Assembly (NCBI GenBank): GCA_008671135.1
Contig: RQAP01000047.1
Coordinates: forward strand, 35,768 to 99,767
DNA length: 64,000 nucleotides
Origin: Collinsella aerofaciens
GTDB lineage: Bacteria > Actinomycetota > Coriobacteriia > Coriobacteriales > Coriobacteriaceae
Reading direction: 5' to 3'
Position 1 is the stretch's first letter. The number at the start of each line of letters is the position of its first letter. The translations under genes were made by a program, and so were the position numbers. A model generated the notes under the pieces. The model saw only the letters and a list, made by a program, of their open reading frames with translations. It ran no database searches and was not told the DNA's origin. Shown piece after piece: positions 52,905-63,215 of this stretch.

Positions 52905-53246
52905 TTAGCGCTTCTCGGGGATGCGAGCAGCCTTGCCCACCTTGTCGCGGAGGTAGTACAGCTTGGCGCGACGGACGCGACCATGACGAACGACCTCGAG
53001 CTTGGCGATCTTGGGGCTGTGAAGCGGGAAGGTACGCTCAACACCGACACCGAAGGACATCTTGCGGACGGTGAAGGTCTCGCGGGCACCGGCGCCGGCC
53101 ATGCGGATGACGTCGCCCTGGAAGACCTGGATGCGCTCGCGGTCGCCTTCCTTAATGCGGTAGTGAACCTTGACGTTGTCGGCGACGCGAACCTGAGGAA
53201 TGTCCTCGCGGATCTGCTGACGCTCGATTGCGCGGATGTAATCCAT
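52905..53246 (-). CDS. rplS: 50S ribosomal protein L19
   Basis: [32 protein letters not shown]. Confidence 0.98.
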   Translation of the reverse strand: MDYIRAIERQQIREDIPQVRVADNVKVHYRIKEGDRERIQVFQGDVIRMAGAGARETFTVRKMSFGVGVERTFPLHSPKIAKLEVVRHGRVRRAKLYYLRDKVGKAARIPEKR

Positions 53247-53455
53247 GTGCAATTCCTTACTCTTCTAGAGGTGCCGTACCACCTTGGCCGGCACGTAGTT
53301 GAACAAACGTATTCGAGTATACACGCGCGGGTTTCTGCTGCAAGAACAATTTTTTACGCAGACAAAAAGACAAAACCCGCACATGATAACCGCCCGTCTC
53401 ACGAATGAGACGGGCGGCATGAAGGGGGCTACGCTAGGCGTCTAAACCCAAAACG

Positions 53456-56206
53456 TTAGGCGGAACGCTTGGCCTCGAGCTTGGCTTGAGCGGCAGCCAG
53501 GCGTGCGAGGGGCACGCGGTAGGGCGAGCAGGACACGTAGTCCACGTCGGCCACGTTAAACAGGCCCTTGATGGACTTGGGGTCGCCGCCGTGCTCGCCG
53601 CACACGCCAAAGTGCATGTCGGGGTTGGTGGCTCGGCCCTTCTCGACGGCCATGCGCACCAGCTCGAGCACCGCCGTATCGATGGTCTCGAAGGGATTGT
53701 CCTTCAAGATCTTCTTATGCATGTACAGCGGGATGAACTTAGCCTCGGCGTCGTCACGCGAGAAACCGAAGGTCGTCTGGGTGAGGTCGTTGGTGCCAAA
53801 GCAGAAGAAGTCTGCGTGATGGGCGATCTCGTCAGCGACCATGCAGGCGCGCGGCAGCTCGAGCATCGTGCCCACGGGAATATTGAGCTCGACGCCTTCT
53901 TCGACGGAAACCTCGGCGATCACGCGCTCGATAACCTCGCGGGTCTGAACATGCTCGGCCGTAATGGAAACGAGCGGGACCATAATCTCGGGGCGCGGGT
54001 CGACGCCCTCCTTGATAAGGCGGGCGGCAGCCGTGGCGACGGCGCGGACCTGCATGAGCGGCAGATCGCTAAAGACGACGGACAGGCGCACGCCGCGTAG
54101 GCCGAGCATGGGGTTCGACTCGACCATGCCGTCGATACGACGCAGGCGGGTGCGCAGGACGGCAAGCTCTTCCTCGCTGGCGCCAGCGGCTTCCTTCTTG
54201 GTGATGGCAACCTCGAGCTCGCGAGGATTATCCAGGAACTCATGAAGCGGCGGATCGAGCAGGCGGACGACCACATCGCGACCGGACATGGTCTTGAACA
54301 TCGCCAGGAAGTCCTCGGTCTGAACCTTGAGCAGGTCGGCCAAGGCCTGCTGCTTCACGGCCTCATCGTCAGACAGGATAAAGCTCTGGATGATGTTCTT
54401 GCGGTCACCCAGGAACATGTGCTCGGTGCGGCACAGGCCAATGGCCTCGGCGCCAAACTCGAGGGCGAGCTCGGCATCCTCAGGATTGTCGGCGTTGACG
54501 CGCACATGGTTGGCATGGCCACAGGTCTCGTCCAGGCGAATCTCGTCGGCCCAGGACAGGATGGTGTCCAGGTCGCCGGTAAGCTCGGCGGAGACCAGGT
54601 CGACGGGACCATCGACGACGATGCCCTGGGTGCCGTCGATGGAGATGACATCGCCCTCGTGCAATACGCGGTCGCTGCCCTCGATGCGCACGACCTTCTC
54701 GGCGGCGTCGATGTGGAAGCGCTCAACGCCGCAGACGCAGGGCGTACCCATACCGCGGGCGATAACAGCGGCATGGCTCGTCTTGCCACCGTGGCTGGTC
54801 AGGATGCCCTCGGCGGCGACCATGCCCTTCAAGTCGTCGGGGTTGGTCTCCCAACGGACCAAGATAACCTTATGACCCTCGTTTGCGCGCGCGACGGCGT
54901 CATCGCTCGAGAACACGACCTCGCCCACGGCGGCGCCGGGGCTGGCGTTCAGACCGCTGGCCAGCGCCTCGTACCTCTTGGAAGCGTCAAACTGCGGGTG
55001 CAGGAGCTGGTCGAGTTGCGCGGGATCGATACGGCTCACGGCCTCTTCGCGGGTGATCAGGCCTTCCTCGACCATTTCGATGGCGATGCGCAGGGCGGCG
55101 GTGGCAGTGCGTTTACCCACGCGTGTCTGGAGCATCCAGAGCTTGCCCTGCTCGATGGTGAACTCGATATCGCACATATCGCGGTAATGGTCCTCGAGCG
55201 TCAGGAACACGCGCTCGAGCTCCTCACCTGCAGACTCGAGGCCCGGGGTGGCCTTGAGGTCGGCGATGGGCTCGGTGTTGCGGATACCGGCGACGACGTC
55301 CTCGCCCTGAGCGTTGACCAAAAAGTCACCGTAGAACTCCTTGGTGCCGTCGGCCGGATTACGCGTAAAGGCGACGCCCGTCGCAGAGGTCTCGCCCTTG
55401 TTGCCAAAGGCCATGGCCTGTACGTTGACGGCGGTGCCGAGGTCGTCGGAAATGCCATGCTGCTTGCGGTAGATGCAGGCACGCTCGTTCATCCAGCTGC
55501 CAAAGACGGCCTGGATTGCAAGGCGTAGCTGAAGCTCCGGGTCGTGCGGGAAAACGGGCTTGCCGTCAGCGACCTCGAGCTCGGGATACAGGGAGGCATC
55601 GACGTTCTCGGAGAAGATGCCCTTAAAGGTCTCGACGAGTTCCTGCAGGTCCTCGGCCGAAAGCTCGGAATCGACGCGAACGCCGGCGACCAGACGGGCC
55701 TGGGTCAGGGCGTTCTCGAACAGATCGGCGTCAACGCCCATGACGACATTGGAAAACATCTGGATAAAGCGGCGGTAGCTATCCCAGGCAAAACGCGGGT
55801 TCTGCGTCTGCGCGATGAGGCCCTGGACGGAATCGTCATTGAGGCCCAAGTTGAGGACCGTGTCCATCATACCGGGCATGGAGAACGGAGCGCCCGAGCG
55901 AACCGACACGAGCAGCGGATCGGAGGCGTCGCCGAGCTTCTTGCCGCAGCGGGCCTCGAGGTCCGCCTCGGCAGCAACGATCTCATCGAGTGCGCCCCCG
56001 GGCCACACGTTGCCGGCACCGGAGTACTCGACGCAAGTCTGGCAGGTAATGGTAAAGCCACCGGGAACCGGCAGGCCGATGCGGCTCATCTCGGCAAGGT
56101 TTGCGCCCTTGCCGCCAAGCACGAAGTTCATGGACTTGTCGCCCTCAGTGACACAGGTGCCCTGGGCGTCGGTTCCAAAACGGTAAACCCTCTTGCAATC
56201 GCTCAC
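53456..56206 (-). CDS. ppdK: Pyruvate, phosphate dikinase
   Basis: GGKGANLAEM, SMPGMMDT, GGKTSHAAV, GTNDLTQ, CGEHGG; GTG start inferred. Confidence 0.97.
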   Translation of the reverse strand: MSDCKRVYRFGTDAQGTCVTEGDKSMNFVLGGKGANLAEMSRIGLPVPGGFTITCQTCVEYSGAGNVWPGGALDEIVAAEADLEARCGKKLGDASDPLLVSVRSGAPFSMPGMMDTVLNLGLNDDSVQGLIAQTQNPRFAWDSYRRFIQMFSNVVMGVDADLFENALTQARLVAGVRVDSELSAEDLQELVETFKGIFSENVDASLYPELEVADGKPVFPHDPELQLRLAIQAVFGSWMNERACIYRKQHGISDDLGTAVNVQAMAFGNKGETSATGVAFTRNPADGTKEFYGDFLVNAQGEDVVAGIRNTEPIADLKATPGLESAGEELERVFLTLEDHYRDMCDIEFTIEQGKLWMLQTRVGKRTATAALRIAIEMVEEGLITREEAVSRIDPAQLDQLLHPQFDASKRYEALASGLNASPGAAVGEVVFSSDDAVARANEGHKVILVRWETNPDDLKGMVAAEGILTSHGGKTSHAAVIARGMGTPCVCGVERFHIDAAEKVVRIEGSDRVLHEGDVISIDGTQGIVVDGPVDLVSAELTGDLDTILSWADEIRLDETCGHANHVRVNADNPEDAELALEFGAEAIGLCRTEHMFLGDRKNIIQSFILSDDEAVKQQALADLLKVQTEDFLAMFKTMSGRDVVVRLLDPPLHEFLDNPRELEVAITKKEAAGASEEELAVLRTRLRRIDGMVESNPMLGLRGVRLSVVFSDLPLMQVRAVATAAARLIKEGVDPRPEIMVPLVSITAEHVQTREVIERVIAEVSVEEGVELNIPVGTMLELPRACMVADEIAHHADFFCFGTNDLTQTTFGFSRDDAEAKFIPLYMHKKILKDNPFETIDTAVLELVRMAVEKGRATNPDMHFGVCGEHGGDPKSIKGLFNVADVDYVSCSPYRVPLARLAAAQAKLEAKRSA

Positions 56207-56503
56207 GATACTTCCCCTTCCATGCACTTACGCGCACGACCGTGGTAACGAATCGACCCACCGGATGCGGGCCGTGAGGGAACTATACGGCGCGTTTTGG
56301 GCAGGCTTGAGCAGAGGGTGCGCGGTTTGGTAAACGTGCTAAAACTGGCGGTAAACGGTAGATAAAGGTGGTTACCTTATGAAGATACCACTGCAAGAGA
56401 AATGCAGGTCAGATGCAAGTTTCTTGCTAAATCGCTTTATCATTATCGTGCATTATTTTGAGGTAGTCTATTTAGGACGGGGCTTTTTAACTACTCCAAT
56501 GAG

Positions 56504-57379
56504 CTAACTTTGCTGCACTCGACTGGCGGCGCGGCGGGCGCGGGCTTCTTGGATTTCCTCCAAGTGGCTAATGATCTCGGCAGCGCTTTCCTCGATGGCC
56601 TTGCCGTCGGTACGCACCACAAAGCAGCCTAGGCGCTTCATGAGGGCACGAGCTTCCTCGAGCTCGCTGCGCACGCTCTCGGGCTCGGCATAGGAGCCGG
56701 CAACGGCACGGGCGTAGTCATCGCCCAAGCGGCTATCGCGAATCTCGGAAATAACGTCGACGGTCGAAATCAGGCCAAACAAACGCATCGGGTCGACCTC
56801 GTAAATTGACTTGGGCGGCTCCATGCCATGGGCCAACGGAACATTGGCAACCTTGTAACCTTGAAAGGCCAAAAACATCGACAGCGGCGTCTTGGACGTG
56901 CGCGATACGCCCAGCAGCACGATATCGGCTCCCGAAAGGTCGTCGCAGCCGCGTCCATCATCGTGCTCAACGAAATATTCCATGGCCTCGATACGATGGA
57001 AATAGCGGTCATCGGTCCTGTGAATCACGCCCGCAACGCCTTTGGGCGGCACACCGATGAGCGACGACAGCACGGCGAGCGTCGGGCCGATCAGGTCGAC
57101 CGAGCGAATATGCAGCATGCCCAGGTAATCGAGCACACGAGCACGTAGCGCCGGGTCGACGATGGTATGGAACACGGCGATATCGCGATGGTCGGCATCG
57201 ACGCGCGGTCCCACAAATGACTTGACCTGCTCCACAGAAGTCACCTTAGGCAGGCGCAAAACACAAAAAGCCCCTTCATCAAATTGCCCGGACGCCGCAA
57301 GCACCACCTCACAAGCGGTATCACCGAGCGAGTCGGAGATAACGATAACGGTGGGACGAGCGGTGACCGGGCAATCCAT
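56504..57379 (-). CDS. PPDK regulatory kinase/pyrophosphorylase (PDRP/YqfL family)
   Basis: ISDSLGDT, HDDG, GVSRTSKTPLS, KVANVP, KAIEESA; adjacent to ppdK. Confidence 0.93.
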   Translation of the reverse strand: MDCPVTARPTVIVISDSLGDTACEVVLAASGQFDEGAFCVLRLPKVTSVEQVKSFVGPRVDADHRDIAVFHTIVDPALRARVLDYLGMLHIRSVDLIGPTLAVLSSLIGVPPKGVAGVIHRTDDRYFHRIEAMEYFVEHDDGRGCDDLSGADIVLLGVSRTSKTPLSMFLAFQGYKVANVPLAHGMEPPKSIYEVDPMRLFGLISTVDVISEIRDSRLGDDYARAVAGSYAEPESVRSELEEARALMKRLGCFVVRTDGKAIEESAAEIISHLEEIQEARARRAASRVQQS

Positions 57380-57413
57380 GCGGGGCTCCTTTTGCGCTTA
57401 CGCGCAGGCTGGC

Positions 57414-59510
57414 TTACTTTTTGCGGGCAAGCTCACCGATGTTGGCAATGCCGGAGAAAACGGCCTCGAAGCGGTTGAGCAGCTTAAGGCGATTATCGCG
57501 GAGCTGCTCGTCCTTGTCCATGACCATAACCTCATCGAAGAAGCGGTCGATGGGGGCGCGCAGGGCGGCAAGGGCGGCAAATGCGGCCGGGTAATCCTCG
57601 GCAGCAAGGGCGGCGTCGACAGCGGTCTGAGCAGCCTCGGAGGCATCGGCAAGCGCGAGCTCGACCTCGCCCATCAGGCTGCGGTCGTACTCCGCGCCCA
57701 GCTCGGGCTTGGAGATATGCGCGGCACGGGCATAGGCCGTCGCCAGGTTGTCAAAGGTCTCGGCGTCGTTCTTGCGAGCCTCGTCGAGGGCGGCGCAGCG
57801 GGCGAAGAAGACGGACGGGGCGATGATGTGCACCGCAGAGACGGCGGCAACGGTATCGGCCGGGATCTTCTCGTCGCGGGCCATGCTCACCAGGCGGCCA
57901 TGGAAGAAGTCGCGAACCTGCTGGGCGACTTCGGCGGCGTCAAACTCAATGCCCTGCTCACTATAGAGCTCGAGCGCAAAGTCGATGAGCGACGTGGGGT
58001 CGATCGGCAGGCGGTCGCGCAGGATGTTGATGATGCCGATAGCGGCACGACGCAGCGCATAGGGGTCGGAGGAGCCGGTCGGGGGCTCGCCGATGGCAAA
58101 GATACCGGCAATGGTATCGAGCTTGTCAGCACAGGCCACGATGCAGCCAGCGGTGCCCTCGGGCAGATCATCGCCGGCAAAGCGGGGACGATAATGATCG
58201 CGGATAGCATGGGCGACCTCGTCGTTCTCCCCCATCGCGATGGCGTAGTAACCGCCCATCACGCCCTGCTGGCTCGTGAACTCGACGACGGCGTTAGACA
58301 CCAGGTCGGCCTTGCACAGGTGAGCGGCGCGAGCCGCATCGGCGGCCAGATGGGCACCCAGGTGAGCCTCGCGGGCGATGGCGAGCGCGAGCTGCTCAAT
58401 ACGCTCGGACTTGGCGAGCACGCTACCGAGCTTCTCCTGGAAGGCGACCTTGGCCAGACGCTCGCGGAACTCGTCAAGGGAGATCTTCAGGTCCTCCTCA
58501 TAGAAGAACTTGGCGTCGTCCAGACGGGCGCGCACGACGCGCTCGTTGCCGTCGATCACGCGCTCGGCGTTCTCGGGCTTGCTGTTGGAGACGACTACGA
58601 ACTCACGCGTGAGCTTGCCCTCGCCGTCATAAATCGGGAAGTAGCGCTGGTTGGTGAGCATGGACTCGCAGGTGATCTCGTGCGGGACCTTGAGGAACTC
58701 CTCATCGAAGGTACCGACAAGCACCGTCGGCCACTCGCAGAGGTTAATGACCTCCTCAAAGACCTTCTTAGGCGTGTCGACATGGCAGCCGGGGCGCGCA
58801 GCCTCGACCTCGGCGATACCGGCATGGATGGCCTCGCGACGACGCTCGGCAGAGAGCACGCCGGCGTCCTCGAGCACCTGCTCGTAGACGGCGGGGCTGG
58901 CGACCACATGGTCACCGGGGCCCAGAACGCGATGTCCGCGCGTGGTATTGCCACTCGTCACATCGGCAAACGACACGGGCACGACGTCCTCACCCAAAAG
59001 GCAGCAGATCCAACGGACCGGACGAACAAACGTAGCGTGCTCGTGGCCCCAGCGCTGGCTGCGGTAGTTGGGCCACTGCAGGCCGGCGATAGTCTTCTCG
59101 CACAGAGACGTCAGGATCGGCGTAGCCGGAGCGGAGGGAATGTTCTTCTCGGCGAACACGTACTCGCGGCCGTCGGTGTCCTCGCGACGGACCAGGTCCT
59201 CGGCAGCCACACCGCACTTGCGGGCAAAGCCCTGGGCGGCCTTGGTGGCGTTACCGTCGGCATCAAAGGCAATGTTTGCCGCGGGGCCGCGCTTGACCTC
59301 GTGAACCTCGTCGGTCGCGGTGGCGACGTCGGCAACGAGCGCAGCCAGGCGGCGCGGGCTCGAGATCACGCGGACCTCGCCGTGGGCCAGACCGGCCTCG
59401 TCGAGACCCTTGGCGATCATGGTGCCAAGCTGCTTGACGGCATTGTTCAGCGGTGCGGAGGGCATTTCTTCCGTACCGATCTCAAACAGGAAATCCTTAG
59501 CGTCTGCCAT
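57414..59510 (-). CDS. glyS: Glycine--tRNA ligase beta subunit
   Basis: FEIGTEEMP, PRRL, FVRPVRW, ARLDDAKFF, DPYALRR. Confidence 0.97.
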   Translation of the reverse strand: MADAKDFLFEIGTEEMPSAPLNNAVKQLGTMIAKGLDEAGLAHGEVRVISSPRRLAALVADVATATDEVHEVKRGPAANIAFDADGNATKAAQGFARKCGVAAEDLVRREDTDGREYVFAEKNIPSAPATPILTSLCEKTIAGLQWPNYRSQRWGHEHATFVRPVRWICCLLGEDVVPVSFADVTSGNTTRGHRVLGPGDHVVASPAVYEQVLEDAGVLSAERRREAIHAGIAEVEAARPGCHVDTPKKVFEEVINLCEWPTVLVGTFDEEFLKVPHEITCESMLTNQRYFPIYDGEGKLTREFVVVSNSKPENAERVIDGNERVVRARLDDAKFFYEEDLKISLDEFRERLAKVAFQEKLGSVLAKSERIEQLALAIAREAHLGAHLAADAARAAHLCKADLVSNAVVEFTSQQGVMGGYYAIAMGENDEVAHAIRDHYRPRFAGDDLPEGTAGCIVACADKLDTIAGIFAIGEPPTGSSDPYALRRAAIGIINILRDRLPIDPTSLIDFALELYSEQGIEFDAAEVAQQVRDFFHGRLVSMARDEKIPADTVAAVSAVHIIAPSVFFARCAALDEARKNDAETFDNLATAYARAAHISKPELGAEYDRSLMGEVELALADASEAAQTAVDAALAAEDYPAAFAALAALRAPIDRFFDEVMVMDKDEQLRDNRLKLLNRFEAVFSGIANIGELARKK

Positions 59511-59513
59511 GGC

Positions 59514-60425
59514 TTACGCCACCTCGCCTTTCTGGTCGGCATTCTCGTTGACTCCGGCGACCTCGGCCATGTAGGCCTCGCAGCACGCCTTGGCGACGGC
59601 GCGGACGCGCAGGATGTAGTTGGCACGCTCGACCGCGGACAGCGCGCCACGGGCATCGAGCAGGTTGAAGGCGTGGCTGCACTTCATGACGCAGTCGTAC
59701 GCCGGCAGCGGCAGCTTGCGCTCCAGACAGGAGTGGCACTCGGCCTCGTAGTCGTCAAACTTCTGACGCATCATCTCGACGTTGGCGACCTCAAAGTTGT
59801 AGGCGCTGAACTCGCGCTCGTTCTCGAGGAACACGTCGCCATAGGTCATGGGCGTGCCGTCGGGCAGGTAGCTCCACACCAAGTCGTAGACGGAATTGAC
59901 GCCCTGCGCATACATGGCGATGCGCTCCAGGCCATAGGTGATCTCGACGGGCACGGGGTCGACCTCGATACCGCCCACCTGCTGGAAGTACGTAAACTGC
60001 GTGACCTCCATGCCATTGAGCCAGACCTCCCAGCCAAGGCCCCAGGCGCCGAGCGTCGGGCTCTCCCAGTCGTCCTCGACAAAGCGGACGTCATGGTCGT
60101 TGGGGTCCAGACCGATAGCGGCAAGAGACCCCAGGTAAAGCTCCTGGGCGTTGACCGGAGAGGGCTTGATGAGCACCTGGAACTGATAGTAGTGCTGCAT
60201 GCGGTTGGGGTTCTCGCCGTAGCGGCCGTCGGCGGGACGGCGGCAAGGCTGCGCATAGCAGGTGCGCCACTCGGCGGGACCGAGCGAGCGCAGCGTGGTC
60301 GCGGTATGGAAGGTACCGGCACCGACCTCGGAGTCATAGGGCTGCATAATGACGCAGCCCTGCTCGCCCCAGTACTGCTGGAGACGCAAGATGATGTCTT
60401 GGAAGGAAAGCGATGAAGCGTTCAT
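59514..60425 (-). CDS. glyQ: Glycine--tRNA ligase alpha subunit
   Basis: [34 protein letters not shown]. Confidence 0.98.
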   Translation of the reverse strand: MNASSLSFQDIILRLQQYWGEQGCVIMQPYDSEVGAGTFHTATTLRSLGPAEWRTCYAQPCRRPADGRYGENPNRMQHYYQFQVLIKPSPVNAQELYLGSLAAIGLDPNDHDVRFVEDDWESPTLGAWGLGWEVWLNGMEVTQFTYFQQVGGIEVDPVPVEITYGLERIAMYAQGVNSVYDLVWSYLPDGTPMTYGDVFLENEREFSAYNFEVANVEMMRQKFDDYEAECHSCLERKLPLPAYDCVMKCSHAFNLLDARGALSAVERANYILRVRAVAKACCEAYMAEVAGVNENADQKGEVA

Positions 60426-60484
60426 GCCTCTAATATCCCCTCGTCGAAACGATTACACGGTTAGGTACTGTACTATAGCGGTTT

Positions 60485-61054
60485 TTAGTCGATAGCGCCG
60501 ATGCGGTTGAGCGGCCAGTAGCGCACAAGCGCCACAGCGATCAAATCAGAGCGATCGACGGGACCAAAGTAGCGTGAGTCGGCAGAGTTTTCGCGGTTGT
60601 CGCCCATCACCCACACGCACCCGTCGGGAACGGTGTAGGGATAGCTTACCTGAGCGCCGGGCGCTTGGACCGAAAGTGGCCAGCTCATGCCCGTCGTATA
60701 GTCCTCGTCGAGCGCTTGGCCGTCAACGACCACCTTGCCATCCTGCAGGTCGACCGTCTGGCCGGCCGTGGCAATAACACGCTTGACAAGAACATCATGC
60801 TCGGAGGTGCCATCGGGGTTGTGAAACACCACGATATCGCCCTGCTTGACGGGCTGACCGAGCTCGAGGCTCACCTTTTGTGCCAGGATCTGGTCGCCAA
60901 TCTCGATCGTGTCCTCCATAGAGCCGGTGGGCACCACAAAGGGCTCGACCACAAAGGTGCGGATCAGGAAGGTGGCCACGAGCGCGATCGCGATGACCGC
61001 GATCCACTCAAAAGCGCCCCTCAACGCGGAATGTTGCGTAGGAACCATACTCAC
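60485..61054 (-). CDS. lepB: Signal peptidase I
   Basis: TM, PTGSM, VKRVIA, MGDNRENSADSR. Confidence 0.95.
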   Translation of the reverse strand: MSMVPTQHSALRGAFEWIAVIAIALVATFLIRTFVVEPFVVPTGSMEDTIEIGDQILAQKVSLELGQPVKQGDIVVFHNPDGTSEHDVLVKRVIATAGQTVDLQDGKVVVDGQALDEDYTTGMSWPLSVQAPGAQVSYPYTVPDGCVWVMGDNRENSADSRYFGPVDRSDLIAVALVRYWPLNRIGAID

Positions 61055-61809
61055 TCCTCGCTCTGCGAATACGAAGCGTCAAGGATCTCCTGCGCGTAAG
61101 CGCGCTCCTCGGGCGTGAGCCGCGCCGTCTCGATCAGATCGGGACGCCAGCGGCAGGTGCGCTCGATGGCGTTCTTGCGACGCCAGGCATCGACCTTGGC
61201 GTGATCGCCGCTCACAAGCACCGGAGGCACGCCCTCGCCGTTGAACTCGGCAGGACGGGTGTACTGCGCGTACTCGAGCAGGCCTCCGTCCTCGGCGGTC
61301 GAGAACGACTCGTCCACATTGCTCATCTCGTCGCCCAGGGCGCCGGGAATCAGGCGTACGACGGCATCGGCAACGACCATGGCAGGCAGCTCGCCGCCCG
61401 TAAGCACGTAGTCGCCGATCGACAGACGCTCATCGGCATACGCATACGCGCGCTCGTCGACGCCCTCGTAGCGACTGCACACAAACAACAGGCGCTCACT
61501 TTTGAGCAGGCGCTCGGCCACATGCTGCGTAAAAGGCTCGCCACAGGGGGTAAAGAACACCACAGTGGGCTTGGGACCCTCTGCGCTAATGGCCTCGATG
61601 GCCTCTGCGATAGGCTCGACCTTCATGAGCATGCCCTGCCCGCCGCCGTACGGCTCGTCATCAACGGTACGATGACGGTCGTGCGTCCAGTCACGCAGGT
61701 TATAGGCCTTAAAATCAAAAAGGCCGGCCTTGCGGGCGCGGCCCAAAATCGAAGTGGACATGACGGGCTCAAACATCTCGGGAAAGACCGAAAGGGTCTC
61801 AATCAGCAT
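61051..61809 (-). CDS. trmD: tRNA (guanine-N1)-methyltransferase
   Basis: VDDEPYGGG.GM, RYEGVDER, SIGDYVLTGGE. Confidence 0.97.
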   Translation of the reverse strand: MLIETLSVFPEMFEPVMSTSILGRARKAGLFDFKAYNLRDWTHDRHRTVDDEPYGGGQGMLMKVEPIAEAIEAISAEGPKPTVVFFTPCGEPFTQHVAERLLKSERLLFVCSRYEGVDERAYAYADERLSIGDYVLTGGELPAMVVADAVVRLIPGALGDEMSNVDESFSTAEDGGLLEYAQYTRPAEFNGEGVPPVLVSGDHAKVDAWRRKNAIERTCRWRPDLIETARLTPEERAYAQEILDASYSQSEE

Positions 61810-61819
61810 GTTGTCCTCC

Positions 61820-62341
61820 CTACTTGTCCATATCGATCAGGCCGTCCATAACGTGGACGGAAATTGTTCCTGTGTCGGGAAGATCGAGCACAACCTGCTC
61901 GATCGCGGGAATCAGCACCTCGCCGTACCGATCGCCCTCGACAACCCAAACATCGTTAGCGGGCGTCGACATGATCTCGACGATCGTGCCGAGCGAACCG
62001 AAGCGCCCGTCGACCACCTCGCGACCCATCAGGTCGGTATAGGCAGCGTCGAGCGAATCGAGCTCAAAATCGTCACGATTTGCCAGCACGTAGCATCCCG
62101 TGATACCCTCGGCGGCCGTCAAGTCGTCAATGCCCTCAAACGAGACCAGATCGCCATCGCCCGTATCGGTGACGGACACGACCGTGCAAAAGCGGTCGCG
62201 CTTGAGCGCCGGCGGCGTCAGGGCGACGCGCATACCCGGCTCTAATACAGAAGGAAGCCCCCGCAGCGGCTGCGCGAGGACCTCCCCCTTCCTTCCGTGC
62301 GGCTTGACCACACGGGCGATGTTTTTGTACTGGGACCTCAA
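61820..62341 (-). CDS. rimM: Ribosome maturation factor RimM
   Basis: PHGRKGEV, ANDVWVV, VLIP; rpsP-khpA-rimM-trmD synteny. Confidence 0.92.
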   Translation of the reverse strand: MRSQYKNIARVVKPHGRKGEVLAQPLRGLPSVLEPGMRVALTPPALKRDRFCTVVSVTDTGDGDLVSFEGIDDLTAAEGITGCYVLANRDDFELDSLDAAYTDLMGREVVDGRFGSLGTIVEIMSTPANDVWVVEGDRYGEVLIPAIEQVVLDLPDTGTISVHVMDGLIDMDK

Positions 62342-62345
62342 GGTC

Positions 62346-62630
62346 CTAGCCCAGAACCTCTACCTCGACAGCAGTGTCGAGGCGAGCGGCCAGTGCACGG
62401 GCGAGCGTGCGAATGGCCTTGATGGTACGGCCACGACGGCCGATGACCTTAGCGACGTCATCCTCGGCGACCGAAACCTCAATCGTAGAGGCGTCGTCAC
62501 CATCGATGACCTCGAGGCTCACGGAATCCGGGTCGTCGACGATCTGAACAACGAGATATTCGACGAGATCGGCGATGCGATCTGAGAGCATTGCCTCACC
62601 CTCGAGCTGTGCAGCGTCAACCTCAGGCAC
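62346..62630 (-). CDS. khpA: KH-domain RNA-binding protein
   Basis: IVDDPD.V, KVIGRRGRTIKAIRT. Confidence 0.9.
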   Translation of the reverse strand: MPEVDAAQLEGEAMLSDRIADLVEYLVVQIVDDPDSVSLEVIDGDDASTIEVSVAEDDVAKVIGRRGRTIKAIRTLARALAARLDTAVEVEVLG

Positions 62631-62633
62631 GAT

Positions 62634-62975
62634 TTACTCCTCGGCGCCCTCAGCGGCCTCAGCGGCAGCCTTAGCGGCCTCGGCCTCTTTGGCGAGCTGC
62701 TTCTTGGACTTCTTGACGACGGTCTCGGTCTTCTCGCCCTCGTTGGCGGCCTTGACCAGAGCGGCGACGGCGTCGGTAAGCTGAGCGCCCTTGGACTGCC
62801 AGTCGGCGATCTTCTCGAGGTCGAGGTTGATGGTCTTGGGGGCGGTCATCGGGTTGTAGCGGCCAACCTCCTCGATGATACGACCGTCACGCGGGGCGCG
62901 GGAATCGGCGACGACGACACGGTAGTACGGACGCTTCTTAGCGCCGTGACGAGCAAGGCGAATCTTGACTGCCAA
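62634..62975 (-). CDS. rpsP: 30S ribosomal protein S16
   Basis: [29 protein letters not shown] start with GGAGG. Confidence 0.97.
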   Translation of the reverse strand: MAVKIRLARHGAKKRPYYRVVVADSRAPRDGRIIEEVGRYNPMTAPKTINLDLEKIADWQSKGAQLTDAVAALVKAANEGEKTETVVKKSKKQLAKEAEAAKAAAEAAEGAEE

Positions 62976-63164
62976 AGGAAACTCCTCCAACCAAGCAGCT
63001 TTAGGCTGCAACTACAAACAAACAGTTGAACATAATACGCCATCGACGCGGGCAGGTGAAGTCCGTGAGACCAACTTCTTCGGTTTAGTCGAGGGCAAAT
63101 CCATATCTTAGACAAGAATTCGGGATTTGCAAGCACATACACGCACCCCACATGAGCTGCGCGG

Positions 63165-63201
63165 TATACTCATGACATGGAAAGACGCGAACATACATAC
63201 G
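63165..63201 (+). promoter_or_regulatory. dinB -10 (TATACT) and degenerate LexA box CGAACATACATACG
   Basis: Perfect CGAAC half-site, 3/5 second half-site, just downstream of -10. Confidence 0.45.
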
Positions 63202-63215
63202 GTTATGAGGATGCC

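Noticed and set aside
63024..63050. dif-like sequence (TTATGTTCAA on minus strand)
   Set aside because: Spacer length and XerC arm do not fit; better explained as the rpsP -10 region
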